A stretch of DNA of 22,778 nucleotides from Candidatus Woesearchaeota archaeon (GTDB taxonomy: Archaea; Nanobdellota; Nanobdellia; Woesearchaeales; JAGVYF01). Of the stretch, positions 15,377-22,115 are shown piece after piece; within the stretch, counting starts at the first letter, position 1, and each line of letters begins with the position of its first letter. The notes beneath the pieces are model-generated. The model ran no database searches and had not been told where the DNA came from. It was given only the letters and a program-made list of their open reading frames with translations. The stretch spans positions 33,730 to 56,507 of the forward strand of contig JAHFLT010000006.1 in the NCBI GenBank assembly GCA_023264635.1, given 5' to 3'. Made by a program: the position numbers and the translations under genes.

Positions 15377-16458
15377 ACTAGGAATTTCGCAGCCCAGAGC
15401 AATCCCTCATCCCTCACATAGAAAAGTCTCCTATAAGGAGTTCCATCTGGATTGAAAACCTCCAGCACATTGGCATTCTTCTCAATAACCTTTTTGTACT
15501 CATTAATATAGTTCTGCGCTAATTTCTTGTCAACAAGCAGAGCAATGTCAATCATGCAAAAGCCAAGATGGGTCCAGATAGCAGTTCCTTCATAGTTCGG
15601 CGCGAAGAATGAAGGAAGTCGTAGCTCCTGCTCGCGGTGACGCTCTTTCGTGTACTTGGCAGGGAATGGCTTATCAAGCTCGTTCTCGTGAATCTCCTGC
15701 AATGCAGCAGTACACATATTCTTGTCATCAAATAATCCACACCAAAATGGGAAGATATTGGCATCGCTGGCAACATGATATTTTCCAGACAAGTCATCCA
15801 GGAAATATGCACCGGTCCAGAACGTTTCCTCGATTAGCTGTGGAAACTTGTACCCGGCGAAGGGGCTTGAAAGACCTAATTCTCCTGCATCTCTTGCAAG
15901 CATAGCTAGCATACAGTTGTCATAGCATGAAGACTGTCGTATATAATGATCTTTCATTGAAGAGAAATGTTTGTCTTTGCGCACTAAGCCGGTCTTGTGG
16001 TCAAAGATGTCCTTATAATAGTAACGGAGCTGCTCTTCCAAGAACGTCTTGTATTTTGTAACAAGCTCACCAGCTTTCGCCCGGACAAGGCAGTGGACCA
16101 AAAAAGGCAGGGAATCTGCAGCCATCACGGGAAAATCAATGCACTTACCTTTTTTAGTGATAGATGTTGTGACTTTTCCCGTTTTCTCATAATATTCTAA
16201 TGCAAACGCAAGTGAGGAAATGACCTTCTTTGTGTCTATCGCGAGCAGAGCATCAACACAAATCCCAAAATCACGCATCCAGAAATGCGGAAAATTCCCA
16301 TTACTGACTTGATAGAATGTGCCATTCCAGCATTCTTCAACAATCTGCCTGCAAATCTGGCTAGCATCACCAAGATACTTCTTTTGCTTTACCACGTGGG
16401 CTTTCATAGCCAAGCTGCCCATTCTAATGCCTTCTTTTAGGAGAGATGGACGGAACAT
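15367..16458 (-). CDS. (alpha/alpha)6-barrel glycoside-hydrolase-like protein (GH63 / GDE_C / trehalase-like superfamily)
   Basis: The protein is 363 aa. It has the aromatic and acidic motifs seen in six-hairpin glycosidases (PHFWMRDFGICVDAL, FPFWCGLFDD, YEGTAIWTHLGF). I cannot assign a family by eye. Confidence 0.5.
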   Translation of the reverse strand: MFRPSLLKEGIRMGSLAMKAHVVKQKKYLGDASQICRQIVEECWNGTFYQVSNGNFPHFWMRDFGICVDALLAIDTKKVISSLAFALEYYEKTGKVTTSITKKGKCIDFPVMAADSLPFLVHCLVRAKAGELVTKYKTFLEEQLRYYYKDIFDHKTGLVRKDKHFSSMKDHYIRQSSCYDNCMLAMLARDAGELGLSSPFAGYKFPQLIEETFWTGAYFLDDLSGKYHVASDANIFPFWCGLFDDKNMCTAALQEIHENELDKPFPAKYTKERHREQELRLPSFFAPNYEGTAIWTHLGFCMIDIALLVDKKLAQNYINEYKKVIEKNANVLEVFNPDGTPYRRLFYVRDEGLLWAAKFLVWI

Positions 16459-16476
16459 GACAGTAAAGAGAATGTA

Positions 16477-16489
16477 ATTTTATTTAAAG
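16477..16489 (-). promoter_or_regulatory. TATA box for the glycosidase-like gene (leaderless geometry)
   Basis: attttatttaaag is centred about 25 nt upstream of ATG 16458 (minus strand). Confidence 0.45.
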
Positions 16490-16656
16490 CTTTGCTGATG
16501 CGAAATGTTTAAATTACCTGCATAGTTTGTCGCTTTTTATGGATGAAAGTATCAGCCCAGTATGCCAGAACTGCGTGAAGTTTAAAGTATTTGGCAAGAA
16601 TTGCTGGTATTATTGGGAAGGAAAGAAAGTCTGCTCGATGAAAGAGGAGGAGTAAG

Positions 16657-16962
16657 ATGGGGCTATTCAACTGGTTGTTTGGGAAAGAAGAACAGAAGCA
16701 TAAGCCAACGGCAACAAGAACGATTCCTGTCATCCAAGAAACAAGTGGTTGTTGTTCTCAGGAAGCTTCTCATGGCGGTTGCGGATGTTCTGATACTAGT
16801 GACCACAATGAGGAAAGTACTGTGAGCAAGCAGGCACGTCTTGAGACATGCTGTGGCAGGTGCCCATGCCGAACAGAAGATGCCCAACACGGAGAACAGT
16901 GTTGTTTCTCCTGCTGTTGCAACCAATTGGATAACATCAGGCAGTTTACATTTAAGGGGTAA
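16657..16962 (+). CDS. Small cysteine-rich protein (101 aa, 13 Cys in CC/CxC clusters)
   Basis: A strong Shine-Dalgarno (GAGGAGG) lies 5-6 nt upstream of the ATG. The sequence is MGLFNWLFGKEEQK...GCCSQEASHGGCGCS...CCGRCPC...CCFSCCCNQ. A pyrimidine/T-rich tract follows the stop. I recognise no family. Confidence 0.65.
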   Translation: MGLFNWLFGKEEQKHKPTATRTIPVIQETSGCCSQEASHGGCGCSDTSDHNEESTVSKQARLETCCGRCPCRTEDAQHGEQCCFSCCCNQLDNIRQFTFKG

Positions 16963-17057
16963 GACAGTCTCTTCCCAACGAATATCTCTTTATCTCTTTG
17001 TAGTTCATGTATTTTCTTTTCCTTACTTCTTCTCTTTCGGTAATGGAGCTCTAATAA

Positions 17058-17182
17058 CGCGCCTGATGGGATTCGAACCCACGACCTTCGACTTAGGAGG
17101 CCGACGCTCTCTTTGGCTTTCGTCTCTGTCTGATACGGTCCTTATACATAGACGCCAAGTATCCAAACTGAGCTACAGGCGC
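17058..17182 (-). tRNA. tRNA-Arg (anticodon CCU) with a ~50-nt intron in the D-loop (non-canonical position, about 20/21-21/22)
   Basis: Hand-folded from the minus strand. The acceptor stem is GCGCCUG/CAGGCGC with discriminator G. The 5' D-stem strand GCUC and D-loop AGUUUGGAUA are followed by about 50 nt (about 17110-17159, CUUGGCGUCU...AGACGAAAGCCAAAGA), and then the 3' D-stem strand GAGC. The anticodon arm is UCGGC-CUCCUAA-GUCGA, the variable loop is AGGUC, and the T-arm is GUGGG-UUCGAAU-CCCAU. CCA is not encoded. A TATA-like cttttaagg is centred about 28 nt upstream. Confidence 0.85.
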
Positions 17183-17255
17183 ATAGATGTGTGGAGAAGG
17201 GAATTCCTTAAAAGTGTTTCCCTCTCCAGAGAAGATATAAACACTTTATACCTTC

Positions 17256-18431
17256 ATGAAAAACATGGAAGGATTATACGAACCCGGAGAAGATACGTTT
17301 TTGCTTGCGTCAGTGCTGCCAAACTATCGGCTAGGAAGAGTACTGGAAATAGGAACAGGAACCGGCTACATTACAGCTGCTGCTGCAAAGAAAGCAAAGC
17401 ATATACTGGCTGTTGATGTTGATTCAAAAGCAGTAAAATACTGCAGAGAACATCACAAACTGGACCACGTCACTTTCCGGCAAAGTGATCTTTTTTCTCG
17501 TGTTAGTGGGAGGTATGACACCATCATCTTTAATCCACCATATCTCCCTTATGATAAACGGGAACCGAAACAGTCACAGCTTGTAACTATGGGAGGAAAA
17601 CATGGTTACGAACTGCTGACGAAGTTCATCGCTAAAAGTCCGTCATTTCTTACAGCGCATGGCCGGATTCTGATTGTTTTCAGCTCGTTGACAAATAAAC
17701 AGAAGGTAGATGAAGCGATTATAAGTACTATGCTTGAAAAAAAGCAAGTGGTATCAAGGAAAATACCCTTTGAGGAGCTGTTTGTTTACTGCATCAGAAA
17801 AAGTAGCTTGCGGCAGCAGCTCGAGAAAGGAGGAATGAAAGAGCTTTTCTTTTTTGCCAAAGGCAAAAGGGGATTTGTATTTACTGGTCTATTGAGAAAA
17901 AAAAAGGTAGCTGTCAAAGTGCATAATCCGCAATCGCCGGTACTCAATGCATTGGCACGTGAAGCTAGGATGCTTCGATTTGCGAATCGTTTGGGAATTG
18001 GTCCACGTCTAATAGCAAGCGGAAGAGAGTATGTCATCTATCAGTTTGTTGAGGGTGAGCAGATAAGTTCCAAGGTGGCATCATTATCCAGAAACCAATT
18101 GCGATTGCTGATAAAACGAATAGGAAAACAATTATTTGTGCTGGATAAAGCTGGTATAGCGAAAGAAGAGATGAGTAATCCCTATAAGCACATTATTATT
18201 ACTTCACAATTAAAACCAGTGCTCATTGATTTCGAGAGGGCGCGTAAGACAAAAACACCGCACAATGTTACTCAGTTTTGTAGTTATCTCCTGCATTTGC
18301 AAGCGCAGGTAAAGAAAAGAGGAATACATTTCTCAAGAAAAGATGTCATTGACTGGGCTAAGCATTATGCTCTCTTATCGCCTTCAAAAAGAGAGCAACA
18401 TCTTAATAAACTAATGCACATTCTTTTCTGA
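17256..18431 (+). CDS. Fusion protein: HemK/Mtq2-type N5-glutamine (NPPY) methyltransferase domain plus a Bud32/RIO-like small kinase domain
   Basis: The N-terminal domain shows YEPGEDTFLL, motif I VLEIGTGTGYI and the catalytic IIFNPPYLP. The C-terminal domain (from about residue 195) shows AKGKRGFVFTG...VAVKV (P-loop plus Lys), REARML, VEGE, GIAKEEMSNPYKHIII where HGDLTTSN would sit, and LIDFERA (DFG-like). There is no stop codon between the two halves. An alternative start is ATG 17265. Confidence 0.75.
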   Translation: MKNMEGLYEPGEDTFLLASVLPNYRLGRVLEIGTGTGYITAAAAKKAKHILAVDVDSKAVKYCREHHKLDHVTFRQSDLFSRVSGRYDTIIFNPPYLPYDKREPKQSQLVTMGGKHGYELLTKFIAKSPSFLTAHGRILIVFSSLTNKQKVDEAIISTMLEKKQVVSRKIPFEELFVYCIRKSSLRQQLEKGGMKELFFFAKGKRGFVFTGLLRKKKVAVKVHNPQSPVLNALAREARMLRFANRLGIGPRLIASGREYVIYQFVEGEQISSKVASLSRNQLRLLIKRIGKQLFVLDKAGIAKEEMSNPYKHIIITSQLKPVLIDFERARKTKTPHNVTQFCSYLLHLQAQVKKRGIHFSRKDVIDWAKHYALLSPSKREQHLNKLMHILF

Positions 18432-18433
18432 AC

Positions 18434-18994
18434 ATGGAAGACTCTACAAAGCAGCGTCTGGCAGCATTCAGGAAGCAACTAGTGGATGAACTAATTAAGC
18501 AAGTGGCTTGTGACGTCAAACAAGACAATGAGGTTACCGAGAAAAAATATCATATGTATACTGTGGAATACGTTGCGAAGATGATTGAAACAGACAATGA
18601 TCATGCATTTGTAACAGAGCTCTTTAAGGAAATGATACGGGTGTATGCTGATAATGAAACGTACTGCGCTCGCATGTTTGACGCGTATAAGAAGCAGCCA
18701 GCTTTAACAGAGCATTTGTCTGATATGGAAACTTACTACGTCACAGCAAAGAAAGAATTTCCAGTCTATTCTCCGGCATATCTTGCTTACAATGCGCTGG
18801 TTGATGCATACAATGTCGGCTTGGAAAAAGAGATACTGTATTCTAAAATAAGTAATACTCTCTATCAGCTGAAAGACGCACGTGACAAGCTAACGCTGGT
18901 GGATTACAGAGAAGAATTCTCCGGGAATATCACCAAGCTACAGCAGATATATCTGGAACATTATCAACTGCCCGACAGTAAGAAATGCAACTAG
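18434..18994 (+). CDS. Hypothetical protein (186 aa, apparently helical, Tyr-rich)
   Basis: The ORF starts 2 nt after the upstream stop. I recognise no domain. Confidence 0.6.
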   Translation: MEDSTKQRLAAFRKQLVDELIKQVACDVKQDNEVTEKKYHMYTVEYVAKMIETDNDHAFVTELFKEMIRVYADNETYCARMFDAYKKQPALTEHLSDMETYYVTAKKEFPVYSPAYLAYNALVDAYNVGLEKEILYSKISNTLYQLKDARDKLTLVDYREEFSGNITKLQQIYLEHYQLPDSKKCN

Positions 18995-18999
18995 GCTAC

Positions 19000-19491
19000 A
19001 TGCGAAGAATTTATTATGATCAACTGGCTGCAGGATATGATGAATTATATGGTGATGAGCAGCTGCAAAAACAAAATCTCATTCAGCATACCCTTCTTTC
19101 TTTCCTCTCTGCAAATAGTACCATACTAGATGTCGGTTGCGGCACAGGCATATCGCTTGCTCACAATGCGTTTGGAATTGATCCAAGCTTTCAACTGCTG
19201 CTCAGGGCAAAAAAAAAGAGCCATTATCTTATACACGGTGTTGGAGAGGCATTGCCCTTCAAGGATACTTCATTTGATGTCGTGCAATGTGTTACTGCGT
19301 TGCATAATTTCACGGATTGGAAAAAAGGGATAGGTGAGATGAAACGGGTCTCAAAACAATTGATTGTACTCTCTCTATTGAAAAAAGCTGATGCTTTTCA
19401 TGAGATGCGAAAGATGATTGAGCAACACCTCTGCGTTGTAGAGACCAAAGATGCTCATCAAGATATCATTTTTTTCTGCAGGAAGAAGTAA
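19000..19491 (+). CDS. Small class I SAM-dependent methyltransferase (Methyltransf_11-like)
   Basis: Motif I is ILDVGCGTGISL. The post-I and later motifs are GIDPS, LPFKDTSFDVVQCVTALHNF and MKRVSKQLIV. The track start at 18985 overlaps the upstream gene by 10 nt. The in-frame ATG at 19000 (MRRIYYDQ...) leaves a 5-nt gap. Either start is possible. Confidence 0.75.
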   Translation: MRRIYYDQLAAGYDELYGDEQLQKQNLIQHTLLSFLSANSTILDVGCGTGISLAHNAFGIDPSFQLLLRAKKKSHYLIHGVGEALPFKDTSFDVVQCVTALHNFTDWKKGIGEMKRVSKQLIVLSLLKKADAFHEMRKMIEQHLCVVETKDAHQDIIFFCRKK

Positions 19492-19515
19492 TGTTCCTCT
19501 TCGGGAAAGATCATT

Positions 19516-20073
19516 ATGGCACAATGGAATGGTGATATTTCTGTCTCATATCTGTCGTATGCGGCAAGATTATCCTTAAAAAGCTATCTTGCTTACGAAT
19601 ATATGTGTCACAAAGCTGTCACAGGTGGAAGAATGTCATGTAATGGTCTCAATCTCTTATGTGGAATCGAGGGAAGTGGAGGGAATGGGCGTTGTTACAT
19701 CGGTAGGGAAACTCCCATCTCTTACGAAACCAGTGGTGGGCTTTATCTTACTGCGGAGAGGGATACCTATGAACCAGCCATTGAAATAACAAGGCCTTTG
19801 TACGCCTCTTCCAAGCACAGCGATGTTGAATTCTGGAAGCCACTCCTATTCTATGGACCGGTTCAAAGAGACACTCCATCTGCTAAGGAATTTGGATTTT
19901 CGTATCATCCGACATTAGATTTGGCACTGACGTATCTTGGCATTCCACAAAAATCACTATCTCCCCTAAAAACATCACCCATTAAATCATTACCTATCTT
20001 TGAAAAAGAACGCCAGCAGTTAGAAGAGCTTATTGCGCAGGAAAAGCGCAGGATGGTGCAGCGTGCAGCTTGA
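19516..20073 (+). CDS. Hypothetical protein (185 aa) with a Gly/Cys-containing N-terminal half and a Pro-rich segment plus amphipathic helix at the C-terminus
   Basis: The ORF ends 4 nt before the AAA+ gene start. The tail reads LGIPQKSLSPLKTSPIKSLPIFEKERQQLEELIAQEKRRMVQRAA. I recognise no domain. Confidence 0.6.
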   Translation: MAQWNGDISVSYLSYAARLSLKSYLAYEYMCHKAVTGGRMSCNGLNLLCGIEGSGGNGRCYIGRETPISYETSGGLYLTAERDTYEPAIEITRPLYASSKHSDVEFWKPLLFYGPVQRDTPSAKEFGFSYHPTLDLALTYLGIPQKSLSPLKTSPIKSLPIFEKERQQLEELIAQEKRRMVQRAA

Positions 20074-20077
20074 TATC

Positions 20078-21190
20078 ATGGTACGGAAAGCTGAAGAACA
20101 TGAACTTTTTGCTGAAGAAGTAGCTGATAGTGAAGAGAGGAAAACGCTTTTTCTTGAAGCGGCAGAAATTTATGTCAACGTTTCGAAGATATGCTCATCA
20201 CATCAAGTAGCTCACTATGTGCAACGCGCAAAAGAATGCTACCTCAAATCGCAGCAAAAAAAAACTGTAATCTCCCCTATAATAATAGAGACAAAGATAA
20301 TAGAGACAAAGAAAGTGTCTTTTGATGATGTAGTCGGCTTAGAGAATGTGAAAGAAAAGATACGTCTGAAAATCATTGAGCCATTTAAGCATCCTGAACT
20401 GTATACGTACTTTGGAAAAAAAATAGGAGGAGGGATACTCATGTATGGCCCTCCTGGCTGTGGTAAGACGCTGCTTGCGGAAGCTGCTGCACATGAGGCG
20501 GGATGCGCTTTCTTTTCTGTGAGCGTTGGCAGCATCACCAGCAAATACGTTGGTGAGACGGAGAAGAACATCACTGAGCTTTTTACGCAAGCAAGAGAGG
20601 CTGCGCCAAGCATTATCTTCTTTGATGAACTGGAAGCGCTTGGGAGCGAGCGGAGCAATGCAACAGAATATGCGCGAACTGCAGTGAGTCAACTGCTGAC
20701 TGAGATGAACGGCCTCGGAAACAGAGAACAGCACATTTTGTTGATAGGGGCAACCAATGAGCCATGGAACGTTGATATTGCACTTCGCAGGCCGGGCAGA
20801 TTTGGTGACCACCTTTTTATTCCACCGCTTGATTTCAAGGCTCGGTACAAGTTGCTGAAGCAATATCTTAAAAATAGACCGCTTGCAGGTGATGTGAATT
20901 TAATAGCAATAGCCATTGAGACACAGCACTATTCCGGAGCAGATATCGTAGCACTTTGCGATGATGCTATCGAGCATGCATTGACAGACTCGCTAAAGGT
21001 GAAAGCAGCGCGCAACGTGACAATGGATGACTTCATCAATGCATTAGCACAGAAACATGCAAAGTCCACAATTCAATGGTTCAAGATGGCAATCAAAGAA
21101 CTGGAAAAGAATAAGGATGAAAGCTTTCAGGAGGTGGTGATAGAAGGAAGGAAAGTGCTTTCTGCTGCATTGCGGGAGGTTGTGGCATGA
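20078..21190 (+). CDS. AAA+ ATPase (single AAA domain) with an N-terminal MIT-like three-helix region; Vps4/CdvC-like or Cdc48-related
   Basis: Walker A is GPPGCGKT and Walker B is IIFFDELE. The second region of homology is GATNEPWNVDIALRRPGRF. The N-terminal ~70 aa (EERKTLFLEAAEIYVNVSKICSSHQVAHYVQRAKECYLKSQQ) resemble a MIT domain by eye. The track start at 20033 would overlap the upstream gene, so I prefer the in-frame ATG at 20078. Confidence 0.85.
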   Translation: MVRKAEEHELFAEEVADSEERKTLFLEAAEIYVNVSKICSSHQVAHYVQRAKECYLKSQQKKTVISPIIIETKIIETKKVSFDDVVGLENVKEKIRLKIIEPFKHPELYTYFGKKIGGGILMYGPPGCGKTLLAEAAAHEAGCAFFSVSVGSITSKYVGETEKNITELFTQAREAAPSIIFFDELEALGSERSNATEYARTAVSQLLTEMNGLGNREQHILLIGATNEPWNVDIALRRPGRFGDHLFIPPLDFKARYKLLKQYLKNRPLAGDVNLIAIAIETQHYSGADIVALCDDAIEHALTDSLKVKAARNVTMDDFINALAQKHAKSTIQWFKMAIKELEKNKDESFQEVVIEGRKVLSAALREVVA

Positions 21191-22086
21191 TTAGTGTTAC
21201 CTATCTCATTAATGCGGGGTGCAATGAGCGCTGCCTTTTCTGCTTTAATCATTGGCGGGAGAACGGCCTTATGGATACGCTGCCTCATGACAAAAAAGAG
21301 TATATTGTGAAAAAAATATGTGACATGCGCCCAGAACATCTTGCATTCTCTGGAGGAGAACCGCTGATAGATAAGCATTTTGTTGCATTGCTGCAGTATA
21401 CACGCCAGCAGATGCCCAACCTTATACTGTCTGTGCAGACAAATGCGACGTTGCTTACTGAGGATATTACAAAAAAAATGAAAGCAGCTGGTGTTGCATA
21501 TATTCTGATTTCGCTGCATGGGCAGGAGAATGAACACAACGCACTAACTGGGGCAAAACTCTATACCAAAACAATCATGGGAATAAAAAACGCAATTGCT
21601 GCTCATATTCCCGTTGTGATAAACACTGTTGTTACAAGCCAAAATATTGCAGCTCTGCCACCTTTCCTTAAGGATGTTGGCAGTTTGGGTGTTTCTGCTG
21701 TTCAACTGTCTGCACTGTATGCAGCTGGCTCTGTCATCTCTAGAAAATATCTTTTTCCATCACCCGGTCAACAAAAGGAACTCGTCAGTGCTGTTACCAC
21801 TATGATATTACCGTATACTTTATCCTTTCATGCATTTGATAGGGAGATTGTTGCGCCATATTCTACCGATTCGTGTGGAGCGGGCGAGCAGGAGATCGCT
21901 GTTTTTCCCAATGGAGATGTCACGTTATGCCCAGCATGGGAGCAAAGCTATGGCAATCTGCTGCAAGATGACTGGACTGTGATCATCAAGAGAATTGAGC
22001 AGGGGTTGGTTGTGGAAAGTGAGCGTAAAACAGCATGCAATGACTGCGGCGGCTGCCTCTTGTCAAAGAAAGCTGCTGTTGCATAA
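21187..22086 (+). CDS. Radical SAM enzyme with a C-terminal SPASM/twitch-type auxiliary Cys cluster domain
   Basis: CNERCLFC (CX3CX2C) lies at residues 12-19, followed by SGGEPL. The C-terminus shows C-x12-G-x4-C (CGAGEQEIAVFPNGDVTLC) and then CNDCGGC. The start ATG overlaps the AAA+ stop (ATGA at 21187-21190). Confidence 0.8.
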   Translation: MISVTYLINAGCNERCLFCFNHWRENGLMDTLPHDKKEYIVKKICDMRPEHLAFSGGEPLIDKHFVALLQYTRQQMPNLILSVQTNATLLTEDITKKMKAAGVAYILISLHGQENEHNALTGAKLYTKTIMGIKNAIAAHIPVVINTVVTSQNIAALPPFLKDVGSLGVSAVQLSALYAAGSVISRKYLFPSPGQQKELVSAVTTMILPYTLSFHAFDREIVAPYSTDSCGAGEQEIAVFPNGDVTLCPAWEQSYGNLLQDDWTVIIKRIEQGLVVESERKTACNDCGGCLLSKKAAVA

Positions 22087-22115
22087 GCGCGCTGCAAAAA
22101 AATTTCCCAGAGAAA

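Noticed and set aside
16509-16926. Minus-strand ORFs 16509-16733 and 16663-16926, overlapping the Cys-rich gene
   Set aside because: They have no start-site signals. The plus-strand ORF has a strong GAGGAGG Shine-Dalgarno and a striking, non-random Cys pattern, so the antisense frames are taken as spurious.
16841-17416. Plus-strand 191-aa ORF
   Set aside because: It spans the terminator-like T/C-rich tract, the entire tRNA-Arg gene (antisense) and the promoter and start of the methyltransferase-kinase gene, so it cannot be a real CDS.
20033-20077. Upstream alternative start for the AAA+ ATPase, overlapping the preceding gene by 41 nt
   Set aside because: The in-frame canonical ATG at 20078 lies 4 nt after the upstream stop and begins the MIT-like helix. 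The extension adds an implausible MRRKSAGWCSVQLDI peptide.
21187-22086. Prokaryotic viperin-like antiviral radical SAM (similar size, N-terminal CNxxCxFC motif)
   Set aside because: The C-terminus carries a SPASM/twitch-type cysteine pattern (C-x12-G-x4-C, CX2CX2C), which viperins lack. I do not see the conserved viperin C-terminal nucleotide-binding region.
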